A stretch of 62,960 nt of DNA, the filler included, from Licmophora abbreviata (taxonomy: Eukaryota), in NCBI GenBank assembly GCA_900291995.1. It is 11 parts of 11 records of this genome, joined end to end, with 100 filler letters (N's around TTAATTAATTAA, not from the genome) between each part and the next. Parts side by side here need not be neighbours in the genome. Positions count along the whole stretch, not along the records: positions 19,767 to 26,877 come from OLMU01002383.1; positions 26,978 to 28,811 come from OLMU01002385.1; positions 28,912 to 36,714 come from OLMU01002386.1; 8 more parts are not named here. One strand, 5' to 3'. Position 1 is the stretch's first letter. Each line of letters opens with the position of its first letter. Below are positions 23,259 to 34,273 of this stretch, in pieces. The translations under genes and the position numbers were made by a program. The notes under the pieces are model-generated. The model saw only the letters and a program-made list of their open reading frames with translations, ran no database searches and was not told the origin of the DNA.

Positions 23259-25055
23259 CTATGATTGTTCGGTCTCCTTGACCTTTCGCACAAAGGAAGC
23301 CAGCCGTTTCATCAAATCATCCACCCCCTCCTTTCCTTTGCACTCATCCACATGAGCCGAGAGTGTGGCATGACATCCTTGAGCTTTAATTCCAGTTCTT
23401 CCCGAGCCAACTTTGTCCGCAGTCCCTCCTCCCACGCTTCGCCTGCACTATTGCTCCCCGAAAAAGCATCTATCTTGTTCACCACCACGACTTGTGGCAT
23501 TTTGGCGAGCTGTCCACTCCCATATCGAAGAATCTCGCGATTGACCATTTCAAAATCGGCAACGGGGTCGTTGGATGTCGCATCCACTAGGTGCAAAATG
23601 ACATGACAGCGTTCCACGTGACGTAGAAAGGCATGGCCCAATCCGACGCCCTTGGCAGCGCCGGCAATCAAGCCTGGTACATCCTGAGAACAATGTATTA
23701 GAACACGACAGATAGTGCAATATCAATGAGAGTCAGGGTATCACACACGAACAATACTAAACCTGTTGAGTGACTAACTTACACATAGCACAAGCCCTGA
23801 GCTACCGCCTCCCTCATTGTCGTCCGACGTAGAGTAGCTTTCACCGTTGGCTTCCGGTGGGACCCAGACACCGAGGTTCGGAATTACGGTAGTAAAAGGA
23901 TACTGTACATAAAGAAAGAGAGAGTTCAGTGACGACACATACTTTGATTTGTGTGCTCGAGAAGCTTCTTCTTACATTGGCAATCTTCGGTTTGGCACGC
24001 GTCACAGCCGCCAACAGCGTGCTTTTTCCTGCATTCGGCACGGCCACAATGGCAACATCGGCCACAATCTTGAGCGTCAGTTTCAGCAACTTGCGTTCCC
24101 CACCCGTTGGCGGTACACGCGGTCGTCGTACCCCACGTCCACTCATGACGACACCACTGCCCTCTCCACCCTGCCCACCTGTCGCCACGACCAACATTGT
24201 GGACTCGTTGCTGTTGTCGTCGTCGTCGTCGTTGCCGTCCAGGGTCAAACTTCCCAAGTCAATCAATCGAGTAATGCTCTTCATTGATTCTTCTTCTGAT
24301 TCGGTGATCACTTGTTCTTGCACGACTGTCCCAGGAGGCACCCGTATCACCACATCCTTTCCATATTTTCCATTTTTGAATTGTCTCTCCCCATTTCTCC
24401 CATTCTCCGCTCGAAAGGACTTGGGCCGCAAGACTTGTTGCGAATTGACAGCAGCACCTCCGCCACCCCCGAACGAATTGGGACGCCATGCATGAGTCAA
24501 TCCCGCAAGTGTATTGAGAGAGTCGTCCACCACCAACACGACATTCCCACCCTTACCACCGTTCCCACCATCGGGTTTGCCATCTTGGTTGTTGACGAGT
24601 CCCTTCTTGTAGGTAGACGAGCCCTGACCACCGCTTCCGGCGCGAACGTATATTTGAGCTTCGTCAAAGAATGAGTACTCGTTGTTTGTGGTGGAGTCTT
24701 GCTGTTGCGAGTGATGGTCTGTTTCGTCAAGATCGTATCGATAACGAGTTTCGTCCAGTACCACGTTCGGAGAGTAGTAGGTTAAAACTTCGTCGTCATC
24801 ATTGCTCTCGGAGCCAACATCGCCGGCATCAGTAGTCTCGTCTGTTACCGCCAACACGTCGCTCGGGCGAGATCGACTTCCTATCGCACAGTAGTAGTCA
24901 CAGTAGCTACCACCGCCATTAGAGGATGATGCTGATGGACACGCTGCCGGGTGATGCAACACAAAGGACTCGATCGAAAGCAATAAGTAGCCCATCAGGA
25001 TAATCAGACTGAGTGATCGCCCCGTTCGTAAGCGAATCTTCATCACCCTTGTCAT
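23259..25055 (-). CDS. obgE: Obg/CgtA GTPase, probably plastid-targeted; 3 exons, apparent homopolymer frameshift near 23326
   Basis: FFDEAQIYVRAGSGGQG, PDGGNGGKGG, VPNAGKSTLL, KPKIANYPFTT, DVPGLIAGA, GLGHAFLRH, NKID; signal peptide ending IES-FVL. Confidence 0.92.
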
Positions 25056-25337
25056 AATTCTATTGTCTGCATTGCAGCGGTGTCTCGTCGTCTTCTGTAT
25101 TCTGAGGATATTGTGTGTGTCTGTCATGTTGTTGTGTGCCATCATCTTTCGATCTGTTTTTTGAGTTTTGATGTTTTCTTTTCGTGGACGCGCGCGCGCC
25201 TTTTGTCAGTGACGCGCGAACTAGCCCTCATAACCCATTATCCGGAAGTTGAACTCACAATAGGTTCCGCGTGTCTTTTCTCAATGGTGTGGTGTTTTGC
25301 GCGCCACATGCGTCGCATTACAAGAAAATCCATCACC

Positions 25338-26877
25338 ATGATGGGCGTCTCTGTAGCGTTCCTGGCTTCTGCCGGCGCCATTGTTACACTATCGGTACTT
25401 GCAGATGCTGGAGGAGGACGATGGGTGTCGTCGTCACTGAAAATGATGACGCCAAAGTACCATCATGATCAGTACGCGACGCCACCGTTTGGACTTGTAC
25501 CGCGGGGTGGTGCAGCCACGCCATTGGCTGTCGATGAAAGTACAGAAGAAGACAAGGAGGAAGAGGTTCTCTATCTTCCTGGTCTATTGGAGGCTTCCAT
25601 CTCGAGGGGAAGTCAGGTGAGTTTTGTTGTGCCAATTTTTGGTTGCTGGACTTTCTCATATGACCCACTTTCTAATTTTCGTGCGTCGGTTTGTTCCTTT
25701 CATACTTTTATGTTCAATGTACATCAGCCCACAACAGCCACTTCGGACTCGACCGTTACAATCAGTGCAAGCAAGGCCAAGGAGCTCAAAGTCAAGACGG
25801 GTGATACGGTCGTAGTGATTGGCCGTCGTCGTCGCGCCACGTACGCAACAGTCAACGTAGGAGGCAAAAAGAAGGGCGCTGCCATGATTGCTGCCAATCT
25901 TGCATCCAATTTGCGAATTCGGAGTGGGGACAAGCTCAAAGTTGTCGTCCTTTCTGGTGCCAACAAAAGCGACGACGAGGAAGAAAGTCGCAGTGGAGAT
26001 ATGCTCTTGCTGCAAGAGTTGACTCCTTCCAAAGTGACGTCTGTGACCCTATCTCCAGTCGATGATAGTTTGGAACTCTTGGAGGCGGCCGAGGGAGGAG
26101 ACGAGTTGTCGGATGAGGAATTGCTGCAACGTTTCGTGTCACCCTATCTCAACCTGGAAAGCAGTGATGAAAAGCGTTGTTTGATCAAGAAGGGGCACTT
26201 GCTCAAACTTAAAGACGACAACGGCAAAACTCTCGAATTTGTCGTGACTCATGTGGAGTTGGAAGGGAGAGAAGTTGCAGAAGATGAACAAGAAGAAGGT
26301 ATGCGACAAGAAAGTTTGATGTGACTATGTTGTGAAAAGTCTTTTCGATGCTTTCTAATCATGCTCGTGATGCTCGATATGCCCTTTGTCTCCATCTAAA
26401 GAAGAGAATGTTCCAGTAGCTGGTGAGATGGATGCATCGACTGGTGTCGTCGTGGGCTCGTCAATGGCACGCGAGGTGGTGGGACTCGGATACGACTCGG
26501 TGGGAGGGCTTGATAAGGCCATCCAGCTGATGCGAGAACTGATTGAGCTTCCCCTTCGTTTCCCAGAACTGTGGACGACGGCCGGTGTGCCAACTCCCAA
26601 GGGAGTCTTGCTTCACGGCCCACCGGGCTGCGGAAAGACGCTCATTGCCAATGCCCTGGTGGAGGAAACCGGGGCTCACGTTGTGGTTGTCAATGGACCA
26701 GAAATTATGGCTCGTAAGGGTGGAGAGAGTGAAGCTAATCTCCGTCAGGCGTTTGAAGAAGCCATGGAAAAGGCTCCTTCCATCATTTTCATGGACGAGC
26801 TCGATTCGATTGCGCCCAAGCGTGACCAAGCGCAAGGCGAAACAGAAAAACGCGTTGTTTCGCAACTCCTGACTCTC
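25338..26877 (+). CDS. CDC48: CDC48/p97 AAA ATPase with signal peptide (probable symbiont-derived SELMA Cdc48); 3'-truncated by gap
   Basis: [54 protein letters not shown]-terminal hydrophobic segment. Introns 25617-25727 and 26299-26401. Alternative ATG at 25308. Confidence 0.9.
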
Positions 26878-27064
26878 NNNNNNNNNNNNNNNNNNNNNNN
26901 NNNNNNNNNNNNNNNNNNNNNTTAATTAATTAANNNNNNNNNNNNNNNNNNNNNNNNNNNNNNNNNNNNNNNNNNNNTCACGAGCTCCGAGCCCCACTAT
27001 CTTTCCCCCCTAAAGATTTGTGGTTTCGAATCTGTTTGGCGCGGTGTCATCAAACCGCGTCGGC

Positions 27065-28648
27065 ATGTGCACCATGGCGGACCAACAAGCGACGTCCACG
27101 GAGTTAGACGCTCTTTTGGGGGAATCTGATGGTATAGAGACTCACCCTTTGTCCAGCGTGACTCCTCGGCGGCGTGCAGCTGTCGTGTTTGGCTCGGCGT
27201 TGGCTCTTTTGGTAGTATTTTTTGTGGTATCCATCGTCGTCGTCATCAGCTATTTCAGTGGCGGACATGAGCGATCCACCGTTCGATCGCAGCCACCGCC
27301 TCTAGAGAAACGAGACACCCTGGGCGCGACCAAGAGGCAAAGCACCCCTCGCTACACTGCTACACAATTCATTAGCTTCACGATCAATACCATGGGCGGC
27401 CTTGCGGTACATGGTGAATGTGAAGGACGCGCCATCGACGGTGGCGGCGTCTGCTATCTGGGCAACGCCGGCAATCTGACCGAAGACGTCATGCACCGTT
27501 TGCATATAGTCAAGCAGGTTCTAGACGTTCTTAAAAATGACCAAAGTCGCGAGAGTCCTGAGATCGATCATCGCGACGAAGTTCTCAAAATATTCATGAT
27601 GCCCGAATTCTTTCTCCGAGGACCACATGGCGCCTACAGTACGTCGGAGCTGTTTGGGGATGGGATCTTGTTGGAGCTAGCCGATCGTATGCGCGATATT
27701 GTTGCAGATGAGGAGTTCTCGGACTACTTGTTTGTCTTTGGGACCGTGATTGCGGCGCAGTCGCCCAGCGATCCTCGATATCCGTGGGAGCATGCCCTGA
27801 GTGGAAAGGAGGTTCTGTATTACAACATGGCGCCTGTCATGCAGGGAGGGCCAAATCCCGAACATCAATACATTGTCACGAAACGCTACATCAGTCAAGT
27901 AGACTTTCTCAACCGTTCAAGTCTACCAAATCCGACCAACGACAATATTCGACAGTACACTGGCCTTGATGACAAGTTGCGTGCCGTCTTCGAAACAAGG
28001 GGTACCGAGCTGGTCGAAGACAATATCCTCGAAATGGACGGCCTGAGGATTGGCTTAGAAATTTGTCTGGATCACAGGATGGGAACGTTGTGGTCGAGCT
28101 TGCAGGAAGAGAAGCAGCCGCCTGAGCTCGTCGACGTTCAGCTGGTAACGAGTGCCGGCATGGCTATTGAGCGCGGTCCGTGTCCCGTCGTTCCAGGGGG
28201 CGTCGTGTATCTGAGTGACGGCGAGGCTTCGTCAGCAGCGTGCTTGCGTTCTGATGCTGGGACGTTTAACCCCGAAAAAGTCTGTCGCGCAGTGGAAATT
28301 GTAAGGGAACATATAAGTGAACTCAGTCACGTCATGCATATCAACATTCAGTGTTCACGTCATTGATTCTCACAGTATGACACCCGTTTGTCTTAATGAC
28401 GGCCGCAGGACGGCCTCAAACACATCCCTCATGGAGGAGCCGGTTTCAGTGAATTCTTTACTTTGGCAGCTTGTATTGACATGGAAAAGGACCAACTTCT
28501 CGATGGGTACTACAGTCTGTATCAACCACAAGGTTGCGCCAACACGCTCAAGACCTTTGGGATTGATGTCATGGACCTGAAATACTACCCACCAAGTATC
28601 GAAATTTACCCGACAGTTGACCTGCCAAGGAGCACGTATGACAATTGA
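27065..28648 (+). CDS. Type II membrane protein with a carbon-nitrogen hydrolase (nitrilase-superfamily)-like domain; intron ~28301-28388
   Basis: One N-terminal TM helix; candidate E-K-C triad in IFMMPEFF, VTKRY and GLEICLDH. Confidence 0.6.
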
Positions 28649-29397
28649 TGGAGGCCTATATTTGGAGAAAATTATAGACTTTAGATCAATACTTGCACTC
28701 GAAAATTCGTGCATGGACCTTGACTAATTCTTCAAAATTATGCTCATTCGAAGGGATTGGTAATTATTTTCCTTCTTGCACGGGTGTCGCCAGTGATCGA
28801 TGAAGCCGTACNNNNNNNNNNNNNNNNNNNNNNNNNNNNNNNNNNNNNNNNNNNNTTAATTAATTAANNNNNNNNNNNNNNNNNNNNNNNNNNNNNNNNN
28901 NNNNNNNNNNNAGACAATAGCTCAGTTTTCCGCAGCGGAAACGTCCCTCGAATGCTGAGATCACGCCCCAGTTTGCCATAGACGTACATCTCATAGAGAA
29001 GAGGCCGCGTCCCAACGTGAGCGCAAAACAACGAAGCATGGCCAACAATTGCACATCCTGACGTTTCAGGACGGTGAATAATTCTCCATGACCTCAATCA
29101 ACACCTTGTCGGTCACGATCGGAAGATTCAAGAAATCCTCATCGGATATGAATACGCCATCGCCGCCGATGACGGCTGAGCAAAAAGTCCCAGCGATTTT
29201 CAAAGCTCCACGCTCCCGTATTATCCTGTCGTGCGCACCAGATGTGAAGGAACGCGCGATGATGTCGATGAGTGATGATGATGTTTTCTTTTCTCCGTTT
29301 TCCGCCGTCCTCACAAAAATGGCGAGGTACGGAAGAGAAAGGCTCGGTAACGAAACTTTTACTTACCAGCTTGTCCGCACGCGATACACGTAGTACT

Positions 29398-30170
29398 ATG
29401 CATCACGTCTTGCTACTTCTCTGCCTACTACTAGGCACCCATTGCTTATGGGACACAGAAGGGTTTCAGAACCAGCCTCGTCGGCGCAACGTTTCGAGGT
29501 GCGCGGCGCCATCCCGCACCGACCCGCCGTCGGCGCACAGGACTCCTCCTCTACGCACGCAGCTCCCTGCACTGCTTGATCCACACGCTGCATCGACCTT
29601 GCTCTCCCAAGAAAATATCGTCAATGCCTTCAGTGTAGCTACTTTTTTGCCCCAACCATTCTGGGTCCTCTTGACGATCATTCCAAACAGTGGTGCAACC
29701 AAGAAGATCATGGGCGGTATGGGTAAGACGACGCAAGAAAGGAAAGGTATGCCCAAAAAGACTTTTTATGATTCTAATAACAACTTATTGTCTTTCCTTC
29801 AACAGAAATTGTGACACTGTGTGCTCTGGTCCACTTTTTCATTGTCGTGGCATCGATCGCGCAACAAGGTGGAAGCGCCCCGATAGCCGAGTTTGCCGGC
29901 GTCTTTGATCCAGCAGGGGCACCTCAAAAGGCATTTATTGGTATGATGCAGTATCCGAACTTTATTACCGAGGAATGGAGTCATGTGCTAACTTGGGATC
30001 TCTTCGTGGGACGGTGGATTTGGTTGGATGGGTTGAAGCGGGGTGTGTTTACATCGCATTCGGTACTGTTGTGCAACTTGATTGGACCTCCAGGTCTCTT
30101 GCTGCACTGGGCGACCTGTCTCGTGACGTCGAAGGGTATTATTCCAAACGAAGTTCCGACAGAAGACTGA
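29398..30170 (+). CDS. ABA4: ABA4-like (DUF4281) plastid membrane protein; intron 29723-29805
   Basis: PFWVLLTIIPN..TKKIM; WSHVLTWDLFVGRWIWLDG..HSVLLCNLIGPPGLLLH; signal peptide ending TEG-F. Confidence 0.85.
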
Positions 30171-30212
30171 GCACTTTAATAGTGATAGCTACTAGAAAAT
30201 CAACATTGCGTC

Positions 30213-32234
30213 TCAATCATCCTCATTCGTGCCTCTTTCTTCGTCATCGTTCTCGGACGACGCAAAGCTTGCAGTAGCCGAAAAGAAGTAACCCTCGGCA
30301 TACCGTGGTGTGATCATGCGAACATAATCATCGCTGCCTGTAGTGTCACCCAGTCGTCGAAGCATTCGGAGGCTCATTACTAGACAGCTAACGGCAATGC
30401 TGGCGGCCACCAGCAGCTCCATCACCACCAACACAATGGCCCAGCTTGTGCGTATTGGAGGCGGAGGAACAAAGTGACGAGGCAGTTCGGGAAGTAACAG
30501 GTCAAGCACGACGGCGGCCGTCGCTGTGGATGAGCCATCGCACGTGCTTCTTGCAAGAGGGTTGCCGGTTGCGGCATGGTACAAGGAGGGGAACGAAACG
30601 TTGTCGCACACGCGATCCGAAGATCCGTCTTCCACAGTGTTCTCCAGTCCACAAACGAGTCGCAACGTCGAGTTGGCCAAGTATCGACCAACGTCACTTG
30701 TACCTCCATGTCGAAGGCCTACTGACACGAGGTCGTTGAGAATGGGATCAATCGTGGCAGGCTCCTCCCTGTCTCGTCTGCACCCACCAGTCGACCAGAG
30801 CGGGTACGATCCACAAGCAAATGAGTCATTTCCATCTTGTTGCAACATGTGCGACAGCATGGCCGTCCGCTGGGATTCAATTGCTACCGAGCTCCATTCC
30901 GCCATAAAGTTCGTCGCCACCGGCGTCTCAAGCCATTCCGAGGCCACAGGAGCGAACGTCGAGTCTGATGCTACGGTTCCATTGGCGTGGAAGACAATGT
31001 ATCGCGACAAGAAACTCGCATGGTCATCATTCCACAAAACTTTCCAGAGGACATACTCAGACTGCTTGACCCACTGCCGAATCTGTTCAATTTTCTTGAG
31101 CAGATCAAACGACCTCGCCCGAGGACGAGCTTCGTGGAGCAATTCTGCCATGCGCAGCAAATCGACATCCGACTTGAGCAAGGCAGCCGCGTAGCCAACA
31201 TCGAGCATGGCAAACGGGCAATTCCGCAAAATAGCATCTTCACAATCGCGATCTATAAGCCGCCCCCCGGCCGATGGCTCCGAGAGAAGGTCATGATTTA
31301 TACCATCACCACAGTAAGCCGTTATGTTGGAGATGCACTGCGCCAGAAAGAGTGGTATGTCGTCTATTGAAGTCGCACCGACGAGTCGTTCCACTTGCTC
31401 CCACGGTTCCGCCCACAGGGGAGACTCTCGATCAAGCATCGTTTCCCAGGGATGAATGACGTTGTAGCATGGCATTTCAGTCTCATTTGTGTTGTTGTGC
31501 AGCGGCAATTTATCCTTCCGACATCCCCGCATCACCACATCATGAAGAAAAGCATGGTACTCAAAGAGACGCTCAAAGTAGCGATTGAGACGACTCCGAT
31601 CGTCCTGCGTCTGTTTTCCCCCAGCAAAAAGATCCAAGACAGTGGTCGCCTGCAAGGGAAGGGCGGATACTCGACCTGAGCTATGGAGACCCGCTCGACT
31701 TGCAAGACTCGTATTGGGAAAGAGGTACCGTGTAGTATCACCAGAAGTTGTACCATTCTGATGGTAAAAGACGTGCCACCTCGGAATACTTGTGTTGGGT
31801 AGATAGAACCCGTTCGAATTATCCAAATCATCGCTCTTATCACTACTAGTAGCACTAGTCTCTGGGCTATAGCGATACCGAGGTAGTATACCATTGATTC
31901 CCTGCACTGCAAACATGGACTCCAATAACGCATCCCAAAAATAAGAAGAAGCAGGCTGTTGTTGTTGTTGTTGTTGTTGCGGTTGCATATATGAAGTACG
32001 ATTCTTCACGCGACGCGCATCGACACGAGCCACCAAGAGCGTCGTCGTGCTTTCTTGGACACTTCGGGCTACCCCACAGGGTGCAATGTACGAGTATGTG
32101 ACATTCTTGAAAGTTTGGTTGTCCCCAGCACGAAGAGGCAGTGTCTCGACCACGCGGTGCGACTGCACGAGCTCTCGAGCCTGGCGAGCAAGCGAAGCGA
32201 TCCAGGATGTATCTTGTAGCGTATGAGTGCTCAT
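30213..32234 (-). CDS. Divergent GH63/MGH1-like glycoside hydrolase fold with C-terminal TM helix; start uncertain
   Basis: VIHPWETMLD..SPLW, PFAMLDVGYAAALLKSDVDL, LWNDDHASFLSR resemble mannosylglycerate-hydrolase-type GH63; many N-x-S/T sequons; TM WAIVLVVMELLVAASIAVSCLV. Confidence 0.55.
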   Translation of the reverse strand: MSTHTLQDTSWIASLARQARELVQSHRVVETLPLRAGDNQTFKNVTYSYIAPCGVARSVQESTTTLLVARVDARRVKNRTSYMQPQQQQQQQQPASSYFWDALLESMFAVQGINGILPRYRYSPETSATSSDKSDDLDNSNGFYLPNTSIPRWHVFYHQNGTTSGDTTRYLFPNTSLASRAGLHSSGRVSALPLQATTVLDLFAGGKQTQDDRSRLNRYFERLFEYHAFLHDVVMRGCRKDKLPLHNNTNETEMPCYNVIHPWETMLDRESPLWAEPWEQVERLVGATSIDDIPLFLAQCISNITAYCGDGINHDLLSEPSAGGRLIDRDCEDAILRNCPFAMLDVGYAAALLKSDVDLLRMAELLHEARPRARSFDLLKKIEQIRQWVKQSEYVLWKVLWNDDHASFLSRYIVFHANGTVASDSTFAPVASEWLETPVATNFMAEWSSVAIESQRTAMLSHMLQQDGNDSFACGSYPLWSTGGCRRDREEPATIDPILNDLVSVGLRHGGTSDVGRYLANSTLRLVCGLENTVEDGSSDRVCDNVSFPSLYHAATGNPLARSTCDGSSTATAAVVLDLLLPELPRHFVPPPPIRTSWAIVLVVMELLVAASIAVSCLVMSLRMLRRLGDTTGSDDYVRMITPRYAEGYFFSATASFASSENDDEERGTNEDD

Positions 32235-32652
32235 GATTTACTAACAAACAGACGTGCATGGACGAGCTCAAGGGAAGAGGGATGATTGAAAGTCCATGAT
32301 TGATCCATCAAAGACCACTTTCTTGGGGCATTCGCAGGATACAAAGCGAGATGTAGTCGAACGAGTCGAGAATCTTCCCATGCCGGCAGGCGGAGGATAA
32401 CGGCTACCGTTAATTACAGTTGAAATTTCTTGAATCGTCCGACACGCACCAAAGCTTTGAAAAACTTTCATCATTGACCACAAACAGATGATAAGAGCGA
32501 CTGCGCTACGATCGACGGCAATGATCGGCGGATGAGCAGCACAGCACCAGCCAGTGCACCCGTCAGTGGAGGAAGTATAAGCTTCTGGAGCACGGGGCGG
32601 AATTACTTGTCAAGCTCTTCTAACTGAGAGTTGAATACAGCTATTTCGCAAG

Positions 32653-33957
32653 ATGGAAAGCTACCTGTCTATCTCTCAAACGCCATCGGCGGTGGAAGTC
32701 AAGATCAATGATGTTAAGGAGCGACCACGCGTCGCTGAAACGGAACTCTTGCCACTGGAGCAAACATTCTGGAACTTAAAAGAGGATCCTATATCGACAA
32801 TCACTTGGTTTCGCGGTGATTGTCAACAGAAGGTCCCGTTGCTACGAGAGAGAGTCAGGCTGGTGCTTGCGGCGAACCCTTGGCTGGTGGGGCGAATAGT
32901 GAAACGCAAGAAAGCTCTTCTGTTGACCTACCCTACCGAGTGGAAGGCCGAAGATGAGTCAGGCTCCCAACTAGTCCATCTACTCGACCAATCAGTCCAG
33001 TTGGCGCACGACATGCCGATGATCCAAATGGCCCGCACTGCAATGGCATGTCACAACCAAAAGTGTGAGGCCTCTCCTTTGTTCAAGATTACGGTAGCTC
33101 CCTGCTCCAAGTCTCCCACCGACTACTACGCTGTCGTTTTTGGTCTCTCTCATGTTATCGCCGACGGTCATACCTACTACACCATACTCCACATGCTACT
33201 CGATCCCTCTGCCCCTATTTTTCCCTTGATCGCGGAACGAATTCAGGAGACGATACAACTTCAGGAAGAAGCCATGGGTGGGACGGAGAATTCCATGTTT
33301 CTTCAATCCAAGCAATATATTGCTCCACTCGTGTTGGGGTCGATCCATGAGCGCTGTCTTCGATGGATGGGTAGGCCGAAGCGTTACGACCGCTTCATCC
33401 GAGTAGACCCAGACAAGGTTGACTCTATTAAAAAGTCACTACTCAGCGACCACGACAAAACTGGTGACAGCAGTGACTCGGTTCCCTTCCTTTCGACCAA
33501 TGATATTCTCACCAGCTGGTTCTTTCAAGCGACGACTGCGACCATTGGATGCATGGCAATCAATTTCCGGAGTCGCCTCGTAGGTCATACGGAACGACAC
33601 GCTGGCAATTACGAAAATGTCATTGCCTATACAAAGAAGGACTACGCCAGTCCGATGTTGATTCGACAATCCATCCCACACGTGAGGCGTGCGGGAAACG
33701 AGCAGCCGCTACCGACAGTCCGTCAAATGATGAGGAGGCCTCGCATTTCCATCATGAGCTCGTGGGTATCCTTCAAGAGGGATGCTCCGGATGAAATTCT
33801 GCATTTGCCAGTGGGGGCGATTGATATACCCCGCTTGCCATCGAACTTGCCAGTGGCGATTGCCTTTCAGAATGGCAAGAAGGAAACGATGCTCTATGTT
33901 ACGTGTTGCGGCAAAGCGGGAAGACGGATGATGAAGAAAACAGACTTTGAAGCCTAG
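32653..33957 (+). CDS. CoA-dependent acyltransferase (BAHD/CAT-like, HxxxD)
   Basis: NPWLVGR, SHVIADGHTYY, FLSTNDIL, AINFRSR, AGNY. Confidence 0.8.
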   Translation: MESYLSISQTPSAVEVKINDVKERPRVAETELLPLEQTFWNLKEDPISTITWFRGDCQQKVPLLRERVRLVLAANPWLVGRIVKRKKALLLTYPTEWKAEDESGSQLVHLLDQSVQLAHDMPMIQMARTAMACHNQKCEASPLFKITVAPCSKSPTDYYAVVFGLSHVIADGHTYYTILHMLLDPSAPIFPLIAERIQETIQLQEEAMGGTENSMFLQSKQYIAPLVLGSIHERCLRWMGRPKRYDRFIRVDPDKVDSIKKSLLSDHDKTGDSSDSVPFLSTNDILTSWFFQATTATIGCMAINFRSRLVGHTERHAGNYENVIAYTKKDYASPMLIRQSIPHVRRAGNEQPLPTVRQMMRRPRISIMSSWVSFKRDAPDEILHLPVGAIDIPRLPSNLPVAIAFQNGKKETMLYVTCCGKAGRRMMKKTDFEA

Positions 33958-34173
33958 CTAGAACGGTAGAGATACAGAGAAAGTGGGACACATGCCGTAG
34001 AACATTGCACTTCCTCAAACTCTTGTAGGAGGGTGTGTGTCCAATAGATAGCGTCGGCAGCAAATAAGATGCAGTCACTGTAGTTTCCAATTGAAAGGCG
34101 CGGCGGAAGGCTGTGATCGGCGGATGAGGGCCCTACGGGGATTTTCTACGTAGGAATCAGTATGAAACCACGT

Positions 34174-34201
34174 TTCAAATTCCGGCGCGCCAAAATTTCG
34201 G
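34174..34201 (+). promoter_or_regulatory. CHR-like (TTCAAA) plus E2F-type element upstream of RNASEH2B
   Basis: TTCAAA at 34174-34179 followed by CGCGCCAAAATTTCGG at 34186-34201, about 73 nt upstream of the ATG. Confidence 0.5.
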
Positions 34202-34273
34202 TCGAAACCTTTTTGTTGATGCAAAACAATCTGAATTTGCACATCGCATTGGTGTCTCTCGGTTCGCTGCGCC

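Noticed and set aside
28912..29393. Short ORFs on both strands beside a gap
   Set aside because: Could be a frameshifted gene fragment, but I found no clear start, splice pattern or family motif.
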